This document shows positions 52,442 to 62,492 of a DNA stretch of 64,000 nucleotides, piece by piece. Origin of the DNA: an uncultured Planctomycetota bacterium (GTDB lineage: Bacteria; Planctomycetota; Planctomycetia; Isosphaerales; Isosphaeraceae); NCBI GenBank assembly GCA_963823665.1, contig CAWGMQ010000008.1, positions 1,824,001-1,888,000 of the forward strand. Direction: 5' to 3'. The notes below the pieces were generated by a model that did not search any database, had not been told where the DNA came from, and was given only the letters and a program-made list of their open reading frames with translations. The position numbers and the translations under genes were made by a program. Numbering within the stretch: position 1 is the stretch's first letter; each line of letters begins with the position of its first letter.

Positions 52442-54451
52442 ATGGGCGGTACGGGTTTGGTCGGGGTCATGGCGCTCTACAGCCTACTTGGGACGGGCGA
52501 ACCGGCGAAGCCGACGGTGAGTTTCCGACTGCAGGACCATCGGGGAGCCTGGCACACGCTCGACGAGGCGCGCGACCGAAAGGTCGTCGTCCTGGCCTTC
52601 CTCGGGACCGAGTGTCCGCTCGCCGAGGCATATGCTCCCAGGCTCGCCGAGCTTGCCCGCGATTTCTCTAAGCGAGGTGTCGCCTTCTTCGGCGTCGACG
52701 CCAACGAGCAGGATGGGCCGGTCGCGATGGGTCGGTTTGCGGAGAGGCATGGCCTACCATTTCCGATGCTGAAGGACGTCGGCAACGGCCTGGCCGACCA
52801 GGTCGGGGCCGAACGGACGCCCGAGGTCTTCGTCCTGGATGGGTCGCGGGCCGTCGTCTACCGCGGCCGGATCGACGACCAGTACGCCATCGGCATCCAT
52901 CGACCCTCGTCCACCCGGCACGACCTGGTCGACGCCCTCGATGCGGTTCTCGCCGAGCGGCCGGTCGCGACGCCGAGGACGGACGCGGTCGGGTGCAAGA
53001 TCGGCCGGGTTGCGAAGCCGGCCAAGGGCGGCGCCGTGACGTACGCGAAGGAGGTCGCTCGCATCCTCCAATCGCACTGCGTGACCTGCCACCGACCCGG
53101 CGAGATCGCTCCGTTCTCGCTGACCGACTACCGCCAGGCGGCCGGCTGGTCGAGCATGATCGAGGAGGTCGTCGATGATGGTCGAATGCCCCCATGGCAC
53201 GCCTCGCCCAAGCATGGCAAGTTCGCCAACGACGCCCGGCTTTCAGCCGAGGAGAAGAAGGCGATTCGCGACTGGGTCGCCGCCGGCTCGCCCGAAGGAG
53301 ACCCGGCAGATCTACCCCCGCCGCCTCATTTTGTCGAGGGATGGCAGATTCCCCGGCCCGACGTTGTCCTGGAAATGCCCCGTGAGATCGAGATCCCTGC
53401 CGAGGGATCGATGCCTTACGAGCTGGTCGAGATCGACCCGAAGCTCACGCACGACGTCTGGGTGCGCACCTCGCAGGTCCGGCCGGGGAACACCGCGGTC
53501 GTCCACCACGTTGTCGCCTTCGCCCTGCCTCCCGGTGTCGAGAAGATCGACGAGGCCGGCGGCGATTTCCTCGCCGCCTACGCACCCGGCATGCCGGCCC
53601 GCGTCATGCCTGAAGGCGTGGCCAAGCGCATCCCGGCCGGGTCGAAGATCGTCCTCCAGCTCCACTACACTCCCCGGGGAACGAAGCAGGTCGACCGCAG
53701 CCGGATCGGCCTCGTCTTCGCCGACCCGGCGACCGTCCACAAAGAACTGATGTCGGGCATGGCGCTTAACCTCCGCCTCCAGATCCCGCCCGGAGCGACC
53801 GACTACGTCTCGCGGGCCGATTTCCGGTTCTCGCAGCCCTCGTTGCTCCTCTCGCTCTTTCCGCACATGCACCTGCGGGGCAAGTCGATGAGGTTCGTCG
53901 CCGAATACCCCGACGGCCGCCGCGAGGTCATCCTGGACGTACCCCGATACGAGTTCGACTGGCAGAACCTGTACGCCCTCGACCAGCCCAAGCCGATGCC
54001 GGAAGGGACGATCCTCCACACCGAAGCCCGCTTCGACAACTCGGCCGAGAATCCGAACAACCCGGATCCAAGACGCGCCGTCACCTTCGGTGAGCAAACG
54101 CGCGATGAGATGCACGTCGGATACCTCAACTTCGCCCTCGCCGACCAGGACCTCACCCTCGGCATGCCCACCTCGAAGCGACTCGCGAACGGCCAGTACG
54201 AGGTCACCTTCCACCACCGGCCCGCAGCGCGGGCAAAATCGGTCGCACTCGTCGGCACCTTCACGGACTGGAAGGAACGGCCTCTCGCGATGACCGGTCC
54301 GGATGCCCTGGGGAACTACTCGACGACAATCGCGCTCGACGCCGGGTCGCACGAGTACAAGTTTCTGATCGATGGGGAGACCTTTTGCCATGACCTGGGC
54401 AACCCTGAATCGGCCGGGTTCTTTCTTAACAGCTTGATCCGGCTGCCCTGA
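52442..54451 (+). CDS. Second redoxin + c-type heme + copper monooxygenase-like protein, with C-terminal CBM48-like domain
   Basis: ECPLA, YRGRIDDQY, CVTCH, MPPW, VHH, QLHY, HMH, DEM; tail AKSVALVGTFTDW...HEYKFLIDG. Confidence 0.88.
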   Translation: MGGTGLVGVMALYSLLGTGEPAKPTVSFRLQDHRGAWHTLDEARDRKVVVLAFLGTECPLAEAYAPRLAELARDFSKRGVAFFGVDANEQDGPVAMGRFAERHGLPFPMLKDVGNGLADQVGAERTPEVFVLDGSRAVVYRGRIDDQYAIGIHRPSSTRHDLVDALDAVLAERPVATPRTDAVGCKIGRVAKPAKGGAVTYAKEVARILQSHCVTCHRPGEIAPFSLTDYRQAAGWSSMIEEVVDDGRMPPWHASPKHGKFANDARLSAEEKKAIRDWVAAGSPEGDPADLPPPPHFVEGWQIPRPDVVLEMPREIEIPAEGSMPYELVEIDPKLTHDVWVRTSQVRPGNTAVVHHVVAFALPPGVEKIDEAGGDFLAAYAPGMPARVMPEGVAKRIPAGSKIVLQLHYTPRGTKQVDRSRIGLVFADPATVHKELMSGMALNLRLQIPPGATDYVSRADFRFSQPSLLLSLFPHMHLRGKSMRFVAEYPDGRREVILDVPRYEFDWQNLYALDQPKPMPEGTILHTEARFDNSAENPNNPDPRRAVTFGEQTRDEMHVGYLNFALADQDLTLGMPTSKRLANGQYEVTFHHRPAARAKSVALVGTFTDWKERPLAMTGPDALGNYSTTIALDAGSHEYKFLIDGETFCHDLGNPESAGFFLNSLIRLP

Positions 54452-54465
54452 GCGAGCGTGGCCGA

Positions 54466-56024
54466 TCAGTCGTGCCGGAGCGCCGAGACGGGGTCGAGCT
54501 TCGCCGCGCGCCGGGCGGGATAAACTGCCGCGACGATCGTCACGCCGACGGTGAATACGAGGACCGTCACGCCGATCCAGCGCGGGAAGGCGAAGATCGA
54601 GCCCGAGAGCTCGATGTTCATGTCGCGGTGGATCATCGAGCGGACCCACGCGTCGCCCGGGAACGAGATTAACCAGGCCAGAAGCAGGCCGAGCAACCCG
54701 CCGATCAGGCCAATCAAGCCCCCCTCGATGACATACAGGGCCTGGAGCTGCCAGTTTGCCGCGCCGACGGCCTTCATGATGCCGATCTCCCTCCGCCGTT
54801 CAAGGACGCTCATCAGCATCGTGTTGGCGATCCCGAGCGACGACACGAGCAGGGCCACCCCGGCCACGCACGTCATCCCGCCGAAGATGAGCAGGTAAGT
54901 CAGCCGCTCTCGCTCGATGCGTTCGACGATCGACGAGCCCTGCATGCCGAGCGCTTCGACGTTCTTGACGACCTCCTTGGCGTTCCTCATGTCGTCGACG
55001 AACAGTACTACCTGGTCGACACCCTCCTCGCGACGGGCCGGATCGCGGAACATCAGCTCGACCGCAGTTCGCCGGGGCAGCACAAGGTCCGTGTAGGCGG
55101 GGAATTGGCTCCAGGCTTCCTTGCGCTCATCGTCGGTCAACTCGCGGAAGATGCCGACGACCCGGAAGTCGTCGACGACGACGACCGAGTCAACCTTCGC
55201 CGATTCTCGCCGGATCGCTTTCCGCAAGGCTGCACTCTCCTCCGTGGTCAGGCTAAATCTGTCGAGCGCCCCGGGATCTGCCAGGCAAGCTGGCGGAGCG
55301 CCGCATGCTCCTCGGGGCTGCCGCTGGATTTCGACCGATCAGATAGCATGACACTCACGCTCGGCCCATCTTCCTGGCCTCGAATCTCGATCCGCAGGGG
55401 CTTGCCGAGGACCTGGTCCAGGTCTGCGTCGTCGATCAGCCCGATGCGGTGCGCGAACATCTCCGAGAGTAAAACCGATCGCTCGTCGTCCGAGTCAAAC
55501 GACCGGCCGAAGACGACCCGCTTACGGAACTCCGGGTCCTCGCCGGCGCCGGAGGAGACGCTCGCCTCCTCGGGCCGGTTGCCCAGCGTCGCGACGACCA
55601 TGCTTCCGACGATCGGAACCATCCGCCCGACATGCGCAATGCGCGAAAGCTTTTCCAGCCGGTCCTGGTTCAGGCTGATGCGCTCCTCGCGGGAACGAGT
55701 GTGTCTGGCACGCTGGGCGAGGACCTTGTGGATCCGCTCGCGGCGATCCGGCGACATCCGCCCGGCAACCTTCACGTCGCCAGCCGCCGCGGTCTCGACT
55801 GCCCGCCACCCCGGAGAGACCGTCACCTTCCGCAGGGCGTCTCCCTTGTTCGACTCGCGCTCTATCGTCTGCTGGACCCCCTCGTCGATCGACAGGCTCG
55901 CGGCGAGAACAAACGCGCCGAAGACGACACCCAGGGTCGTCAGGCACGTGCGCAACTTCTGCTGGCCGAGCGAGGCCAGGGGCAACCGGAGCAGGTCGAT
56001 CCACGGCACGAGGCGATCCTCCAA
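54466..56024 (-). CDS. ABC exporter permease (MacB/FtsX-like); frameshift near 55270
   Basis: KLRTCLTTLGVVFG N-terminus; GIANTMLMSVLERRREIGIMKAVGA; YPARRAAKLDPVSALR. Confidence 0.88.
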
Positions 56025-56034
56025 CCAATCCCGA

Positions 56035-56796
56035 TCAAATGCCCCCTGCCGCGATCTGGCCGTCGACCAGCCGTACGATCCGGTCGGTGCAGCTCGCGGC
56101 CAGCTCCTCGTCGTGGGTGACGAGCACGAGGGTGGCGGCGTGCTCGCGGACGTGGTCGAGGATCAGGGCCATGACCTGCCGCGCCGTCTGGCTGTCAAGG
56201 TTCCCGGTCGGCTCGTCGGCCAGAATGACGCGAGGCCGGTTGACGAGCGCCCGCGCAATGGCGACCCGCTGGCTCTCGCCTCCGCTCAGTTGAGCCGGTC
56301 GATGATTCAGCCTCGCCCCGAGCCCGACCGCCTCGAGGGCGACCCGGGCCGCGGCGAGCCGTTCGCGAGACGATCGGCCCGCGAAGACCATCGGCAATTC
56401 GACGTTCTGGAGAGCCGACCTGGAGCCGATCAGATTGAACGACTGGAAGATCATGCCAACGGTCGTCGACCGGAACCGGGCCATCTGGCGCCCCGAGAGC
56501 TGGTGGAGGTCCCGACCGCCGACCCGCAGTCCGCCCGAGCTGGGCCGGTCGAGACCGCCCAGGAGGTTCAATAATGTCGACTTCCCCGACCCCGACTTGC
56601 CCAAGAGCGCCACGCGCTGCCCGCCGGCGATCTCGATCGAGATCCCCCGCAGCGCGTCGACCTGGGCTTCCTTCGTCCCGTAGACCTTCCGTACGTCGAC
56701 TGCCCGGATCGCCACTCCATCCCCTCCGTTGCGATCCGATCCCATCGCGGTTGCATCCTGATCCGAGCGGCCTGTCTGACACCTGTCAACGGCCAA
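56035..56796 (-). CDS. ABC exporter ATP-binding protein (start possibly ~56745)
   Basis: GKSGSGKST, LSGGESQR, LADEPTGNLD, VTHD. Confidence 0.93.
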   Translation of the reverse strand: MAVDRCQTGRSDQDATAMGSDRNGGDGVAIRAVDVRKVYGTKEAQVDALRGISIEIAGGQRVALLGKSGSGKSTLLNLLGGLDRPSSGGLRVGGRDLHQLSGRQMARFRSTTVGMIFQSFNLIGSRSALQNVELPMVFAGRSSRERLAAARVALEAVGLGARLNHRPAQLSGGESQRVAIARALVNRPRVILADEPTGNLDSQTARQVMALILDHVREHAATLVLVTHDEELAASCTDRIVRLVDGQIAAGGI

Positions 56797-57321
56797 TCAT
56801 CGTACCAGATTAGCCTATCGCCGCCAGAGGCGGGCCATCACGAAAGAGGGCCGGGCGGATCGGTAACTGATCGCGATGCTGGCCGAGGGCCGATTAGTCC
56901 GTTTCTCGTGGGTCAAATAGGTTGGCGGCAGCCATGTAATCGCCCCAGAGATGGCTGGGGCTGGTAAGGGCCGGACAGTGTGGATTTCTGACGTTCAGGC
57001 AGCGTGCCCAGGTTCAAGCGCGTCGGAAAGGCCCGGCAGGAGCACCACAGCGCCAATTTTCGCAAGACGCGTTAGCGGATGGACCGAGGAGTAAGGATAA
57101 TCGGTCAGGCGGCCCGCGATTGTCTGGACCTAAGCAGGCGCTGAGGGACCGCCTGGTGGCGTGATTAGGATTGAGATGGGTGTCCGGAGAAGACCTCAAG
57201 CGAAGGCATTGTCTCCGTAGCGCGCGTCGGTATGGTCGACCAAAGCGTCGGAAGGACTCTTCCGCCTAACCGGCACGCGGCGAGGTCGGCACTTGCCGCA
57301 TCACACGCTCCAGACCGGTCG

Positions 57322-57885
57322 TCATGTGTCGCGAGACTCCGCCGCGACATACTTGTAAAGCGTCGGCCTTGAGATGCCGACCGCTTTGCATATTTCGTCA
57401 ATCGCGTGTTTCTTCTGCCGGTAAGGATTGACGGCCACGGCACGCTGCTTGTCGCCGAGCTTTTTTCGCCTGCCGCCTTGCCTGCCGCGTGTTCTCGCGG
57501 CTGCAAGCCCTCCGTTCGTCCGTTTGCGGATCAGGTTACGCTCGAACTCCGCAAGCGCCGGAAAGATAGGAGACACGAGCTTGCCGCCCGGCGTGGTCGT
57601 TTCGATGGATTCGGTGACGCTCTGGAATCCGATCCGCTCGGCCTACAGCTCGGCCATCAGCTCGATCGGTTACTTCAGCGACCACCCCAGCCGGTCGAGC
57701 CGCCAGACCGCCAGTATGTCGCCAGATCGGAGCGTATCGTGCACTCGCTCCAGGGCGGGGCGTTGTGCCTTGCCGCCAATGAGCGTGTTCTCGATGATCT
57801 TCTCGCACCTGGCCCGCTTCAGGGCGTCACGCTGCAAGTCAGGATTCTGCTCTGTCGTTGATACTCTCGCGTAGCCGATGATCAT
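57322..57885 (-). pseudogene. Serine recombinase (resolvase/invertase) with multiple frameshifts
   Basis: MIIGYARVST.EQN..LQRDAL and VWRLDRLG; IGFQSVTESIETTTPGGKL; ALAEFERNLI..RT..GLAAAR.RGR.GGR and HTH GISRPTLYKY; spread over three frames with substitutions in conserved positions. Confidence 0.88.
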
Positions 57886-57972
57886 GCCCCACCCCCTTGC
57901 CGCTCGAGTTGAGAAACCCGTCGGAATGTTTGGGAGCGGGCTTTTTGCGATCACGCCGCCAAGTCACCGGCG

Positions 57973-58000
57973 TGTAAAGAGAACCTCGGTTTGATTTACA
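57973..58000. promoter_or_regulatory. Putative 28-bp serine-recombinase crossover site (res site I / hix-like)
   Basis: TGTAAA-GAG-AACC-TC-GGTT-TGA-TTTACA, ~90 bp upstream of the recombinase start. Confidence 0.6.
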
Positions 58001-58299
58001 GCCGGTCAGGGCTGTCACCGCCGACCGTTCCTGAGGTCGAGTGATGATTCGAGCTCCTTTCCGTCGTCGCGTGGGACATCATGCGCGCGTCGGTATCGTC
58101 GGACCGAAGCGCGCAACGCGAGAGCCCGAACTTTCCCTCGGCCGCGCTCAGCAACCGAGATGTCCACCGTGCGGCTCCGCCGGCTGCGGGAGCCGGGCGG
58201 TATGGTGTGGTCGTCATGATCCCCCCTCGAAAGCCGCGCACCTTTTTGAGCAGCCCGTGCGACGTTGGGCGCGTCGATGCAGGGTTGTCAGTACATCGC

Positions 58300-59910
58300 C
58301 TACTCCGCCCCGATGTGCTGCCCCGGCTCGGCCACGGATCGCTTCATCAGGAGCACGAGGAGCACGAGCCCCAGGCTCAGGACGGCGAACAGCCAGAAGA
58401 CGTCGAAGTAGGCCAGGGACGCCGCCTGCTGCTGACGGAGGTCGGCTAGCGACTGGAGGGTCATCCCCTGCGACCGGGCCGGATCGCCCGTCCGCTGCAT
58501 GAAGTAGGCCCTGCCAGCTCGGAAGAAGGTCTGCACGTGTGGGTTCAGGGGGCCGAGGTTGTCGCCAACGCGGGCCAGGTGAAATTGCTCGCGCCGCTGC
58601 TCGATGATCTTGTTGATCGACATGCCCACGCTGCCCCCCTCGTTGCGCAGCAGGGCGAACAGGCCCACGGCGGCCGCGCGCAGGTGCGGGGGCGTGTAGC
58701 GGAACGCCGCCACGTTGATCGGGGCGAAGATCATCGAGAGGCCGACGATCAACACCACCCGCGGCCAGATCACCTGCCCGGGGCTGATGTACAGGTTCAT
58801 CCGCGCCATCCAGTAGTTTCCGGCCGCCATCACGAGCAGGCCCGCGGCGATCAGCCAGCGGGCATCAGTGCCCCGACTGATGAGGATGCCCACCACAAGC
58901 ATCATCAGGATGGAAAAGACGCCCGAGGGTGACATCACCAGGCCGGAGACGAAGGCGTCGTAGCCGAACAGGGACTGGAGCAAGGACGGCAGGCACACGC
59001 TGGCGCCGTAGAGGACGCCGTAGGCGCAGAAGATGATGACGCTGGAGGCCGCAAGGTTGCGCTCGCCCATCGGCCGGAAGTCGACCACCGGGTTGGCGAT
59101 CGTCAGCTCCCGGAAGACCAGGGCGCCCAGGCAGACGACGAACAGGACGGCCAACGTCTGGGCCTGCCAGAAGGGGTCGTTGTACCAGTCCCACTCCTGT
59201 CCCTTGCTGAGCAGGATCTCCCAGCACGCCATCATCAGGGTGAGCAGCCCCAGGCCGATGTAGTCGAAGTTGAGCGGCTGGCGACGCAACTCCGCCCGCT
59301 CCTTCTTGAGGTAATCGGGGTCTGTGACCAGGAGGTAACTCGCCAGAAAGCCGATTGCGCCGATCGGTAGGTTGATGAGGAACACCCAGCGCCAGTTGTA
59401 ATTGACCGTGATGTAGCCGCCCAGCGTCGGTCCGATGACCGGGGCGATCAGTCCCGCCACACCGAACAGCGTCATGGCTGTGCCCTGCTTCTCGGGCGGG
59501 AAGCTGTCGATCAGGATCCCCTGGCTGGCGGGCTGGAGGCCGCCGCCGGCGATGCCCTGGATCACCCGGAAGAGGATCAGTTGTTCGAGGCTGGTGGCCA
59601 TGCCGCAGAACACCGAGGCGACAGTGAAGACGGCGATGGAGAGGAGGAAGTAGTTGCGGCGGCCCAGGCGGGCCGAGATCCAGCCCGTAATGGGCAGGAT
59701 GGTGGCATTGGCGGCCAGGTAGCTGGTCATGACCCAGTCGCTGTCGTTCATTGTCGCCGACAGGCCGCCGGCGATGTACCGCAGCGAGGCCGTAGCGATC
59801 GTGGTGTCCAGGATCTCCATGAACGTGGGCACAACCACGGCGACGCCGACAAGCCAGGGGTTGACCGCCGGACGGCTGACCGCGGTCAAGTTGACGGCCG
59901 CGGTGCTCAT
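58300..59910 (-). CDS. DHA2 family (EmrB-like) MFS efflux permease
   Basis: FMEILDTTI, WVMTSYL, RLGRR, FRVIQGIAGGGL.P, APVIGPTLGGYI, WRWVFLINLPIG. Confidence 0.95.
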   Translation of the reverse strand: MSTAAVNLTAVSRPAVNPWLVGVAVVVPTFMEILDTTIATASLRYIAGGLSATMNDSDWVMTSYLAANATILPITGWISARLGRRNYFLLSIAVFTVASVFCGMATSLEQLILFRVIQGIAGGGLQPASQGILIDSFPPEKQGTAMTLFGVAGLIAPVIGPTLGGYITVNYNWRWVFLINLPIGAIGFLASYLLVTDPDYLKKERAELRRQPLNFDYIGLGLLTLMMACWEILLSKGQEWDWYNDPFWQAQTLAVLFVVCLGALVFRELTIANPVVDFRPMGERNLAASSVIIFCAYGVLYGASVCLPSLLQSLFGYDAFVSGLVMSPSGVFSILMMLVVGILISRGTDARWLIAAGLLVMAAGNYWMARMNLYISPGQVIWPRVVLIVGLSMIFAPINVAAFRYTPPHLRAAAVGLFALLRNEGGSVGMSINKIIEQRREQFHLARVGDNLGPLNPHVQTFFRAGRAYFMQRTGDPARSQGMTLQSLADLRQQQAASLAYFDVFWLFAVLSLGLVLLVLLMKRSVAEPGQHIGAE

Positions 59911-59981
59911 ACAGGTACTCCTTCGGAATGGTCGAGGGTTAAGGGTGAATCGTCATCCACGCCCGTTGGATCCTCGGTCCG

Positions 59982-61619
59982 TCACGAGCCGGGGCGGCCA
60001 TTGGGGAGAGGTCCCGCCGGTTGCGAGGCGCTCCCGGCGCTGGCCACGGCGGGGCCTGGCCGCAGCGGGCGAAGCGGCTGCAAGACAGCACCGGCATTCG
60101 GCCCGGTCGCCGGCTCTTTGACGTAGACGTAGGGGACCACCGACAGCCCGGCGAACAGGGGGGCCTTGTCGGGGTCGTAGTCGGCCAGCTCGATGCGGAC
60201 CGGCAGCCGCTGGACGATCTTTACGTAGTTGCCGGTGGCGTTCTGCGGCGGCAGCAGGGAGAGGGTCTGGCCGGTCCCCATGGTGAAGCCGGTGATGCGG
60301 CCCTCGAACTCCTTCCGGCCGCCGTACATGTCGACCTCGCAGCGCACCCGCTGGCCGATGCGCAGGTCCGCGAGCTGCGTCTCCTTGAAGTTGGCATCGA
60401 TCCAGATCTCGGTGAGCGAGCGGACGGCCATGAGGCTCTGCCCCGCGGAGAGGTGGTTGCCGGGGTTGACGCTGCGGCTGGTCACCACGCCGTCGATCTC
60501 GCTGACGATGTCGCAGTAGCGGAGGTCCAGCTCGGCCTCGGCGAGGTCGCGCACGGCCTGGAGTCGCTTCGCCTCGGCCCGCCGGACCGCGGGCGCCTCC
60601 GGCACCATCCGCTCCAGGATCCGATCGATGTTCCCGTCCCGGTCGCGCTGGACAAACTCGTCGAGGGCCTGCTGGGGGGTCTGGGAAGCGGAGACGAGGG
60701 GGAAGCCGAGCTGCGCCATGCTCTGGTTGACATCGGCCAGCGCCTGGCGGACCCCGGAGAAGGTCTGGTTGATGTCGGCGGGGACGTCCGTCAGCTCGCC
60801 CGTCTCGGGGTGCGGGCGCAGGCCGAGCGCGACCCGCGCTTCATGGACTTCCTCGAGGGCCTGCTTGACCCCGGCCGCGGCCGTCCGCTCGGTCTCGACG
60901 TATTTGTCGTACTCTTCGCGGGCGATGGCGTTGCGGCTGAAGAGGCCCCGGGCCCGCAGCAGGTCGGCGCGGGCGCGCTCGAAGGACGCCTCCTTGCTCC
61001 GCAGGGCCGCGACCCGGGCCCGCAGCATCGCCACCGAGTCGTCGACATCCTCGATCGACCTCTGGAGCTTCCAGCGCAGGCTCCCGGCCTGGGCCAGGAT
61101 GCCCCGGACCTGGGCCCGGGCGGACATCAGGTCGGCCTCGGCGGCGACCAGGGCCGCGTTCTTGATGTCGACCTGGACCTGGTACGGCTCGTTGTCGAGC
61201 TGGACCAGCAGGTCCCCCTTCTTCACCCGTTCGTTGTCGTCCACCAGGACGCGGCTCACCTGTCCGGCGACCCGGGGGGCCACGTAAGTCACGTGGCCGT
61301 TGACATAGGCGTCATCGGTGGTGACCGTGTCCAGCATCGTTTTCACGGTCGGGGCCAGGTAGTATCCCCCGAGCGCCAATCCGGCCACCACCCCCGTCCA
61401 CAGCAGCACCTTCCGCCAGGGATGCGTTCTTCCCCCTGTCATGGCGAGCGAAGTCGCCGAGGGGGGCTCGATTGCCCGGTCCGCGGCTCGGTCGCCGGGG
61501 CGAGCGGCCGCGTCGGCTGGCGGCCGACCTGACCCATCAGGCGCCTCCGCCTCTGCAGCCCCGAGGGCAGTCGGCCTTGCCGCGATTGCAGTCTCATAGC
61601 CGAGATCAGTGCTTTCCAT
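59982..61619 (-). CDS. EmrA-like HlyD family membrane fusion protein
   Basis: TTDDAYV, VKKGDLLVQLD, ANFKETQL, LLPPQNATGNYVKIVQRLPVRI. Confidence 0.95.
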   Translation of the reverse strand: MESTDLGYETAIAARPTALGAAEAEAPDGSGRPPADAAARPGDRAADRAIEPPSATSLAMTGGRTHPWRKVLLWTGVVAGLALGGYYLAPTVKTMLDTVTTDDAYVNGHVTYVAPRVAGQVSRVLVDDNERVKKGDLLVQLDNEPYQVQVDIKNAALVAAEADLMSARAQVRGILAQAGSLRWKLQRSIEDVDDSVAMLRARVAALRSKEASFERARADLLRARGLFSRNAIAREEYDKYVETERTAAAGVKQALEEVHEARVALGLRPHPETGELTDVPADINQTFSGVRQALADVNQSMAQLGFPLVSASQTPQQALDEFVQRDRDGNIDRILERMVPEAPAVRRAEAKRLQAVRDLAEAELDLRYCDIVSEIDGVVTSRSVNPGNHLSAGQSLMAVRSLTEIWIDANFKETQLADLRIGQRVRCEVDMYGGRKEFEGRITGFTMGTGQTLSLLPPQNATGNYVKIVQRLPVRIELADYDPDKAPLFAGLSVVPYVYVKEPATGPNAGAVLQPLRPLRPGPAVASAGSASQPAGPLPNGRPGS

Positions 61620-61692
61620 GTTGATGCTTCCTCTTCAAATCGGCTCGTACCGCGACCTGGGTGCCAGGGACCAGTATCAGCCGCGGACGGCT

Positions 61693-61755
61693 AAGTAAAC
61701 CGCCGTTGACTTAATCCTAGATGGCTTGACTCTCGAAGTCAACCGTTGTTTACTT
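61693..61755. promoter_or_regulatory. Two 20-bp palindromic operators (AAGTMAAC-N4-GTTKACTT), probable TetR sites
   Basis: AAGTAAACCGCCGTTGACTT 61693-61712 and AAGTCAACCGTTGTTTACTT 61736-61755, between divergent efflux and tetR genes; TTGACT at 61726. Confidence 0.8.
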
Positions 61756-61790
61756 GGAATGGAAGGGAAATAATTCAGAGGGACCAACCC

Positions 61791-62375
61791 ATGCCCGAGC
61801 GTCGAGTTAGTGCCACGCCGAGACGGCGGCGGGATGCCGCCGCAACCCGGGATGCCATCCTTGAGGCGGCTACCCGCCGCTTTGCCAGCCACGGCTACGA
61901 GCGTGCTGGGGTCCGAGAGATTGCCGCGGACGCCGGCGTGACCGCCGCGCTCGTCAACCGCTACTTCGGCTCCAAGGAGGGGCTGTTCGCCGAGGTGGTC
62001 CGGCGCGCCCTCGACATGGGGCACCTGCTCCAGGGCCCACGGGACGACCTGGCCGACCATCTCGCCCGGCGCGTGGTGTACGGAGGGGGCGACGCACGGG
62101 ACGGGGTACTGACGCCGCTCTTGCTCCTCTTGCATTCCGCCACGGCGCCCGGCGCCGTCAAGCTGTTCCGGCGGGACCTCGACCGCACCGAGCTTCCGCT
62201 CCTCGCCGAGCAGATCGGCGGCGACGATTCCGCGGTCCGGGCTGTCATGGTCATGGCACAGCTCACGGGGTTCGCGATCATGTATCACGTGCTCCGGCCC
62301 AAGGCGTTCGCGAATGCCCGCGGCGAAGAACTGGTAACCCTCCTGTCCGCGGCGCTCGCCGCTTGCATCAAGTGA
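61791..62375 (+). CDS. TetR family transcriptional regulator
   Basis: TRDAILEAA..RFA..GY....VREIAADAGV..ALVNRYFGSKEGLF. Confidence 0.95.
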   Translation: MPERRVSATPRRRRDAAATRDAILEAATRRFASHGYERAGVREIAADAGVTAALVNRYFGSKEGLFAEVVRRALDMGHLLQGPRDDLADHLARRVVYGGGDARDGVLTPLLLLLHSATAPGAVKLFRRDLDRTELPLLAEQIGGDDSAVRAVMVMAQLTGFAIMYHVLRPKAFANARGEELVTLLSAALAACIK

Positions 62376-62492
62376 GGCCCTAGGGGTACGGCTCCGGTTC
62401 CTTATTTGCAGCGCCCAGCGCCCGACGACCTTGATCACGGAAAGGCGGTCACTCTTGGTCTGGCTGTTCATCGTCGCATCCCATGTTGTGAG

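Noticed and set aside
56797..57321. Small ORFs or an ncRNA between the ABC ATPase and the recombinase
   Set aside because: No RBS, motif or convincing secondary structure recognised.
57996..58241. 81-aa minus-strand ORF downstream of the MFS gene
   Set aside because: Low-information sequence with no recognisable family; it overlaps the putative recombination site.
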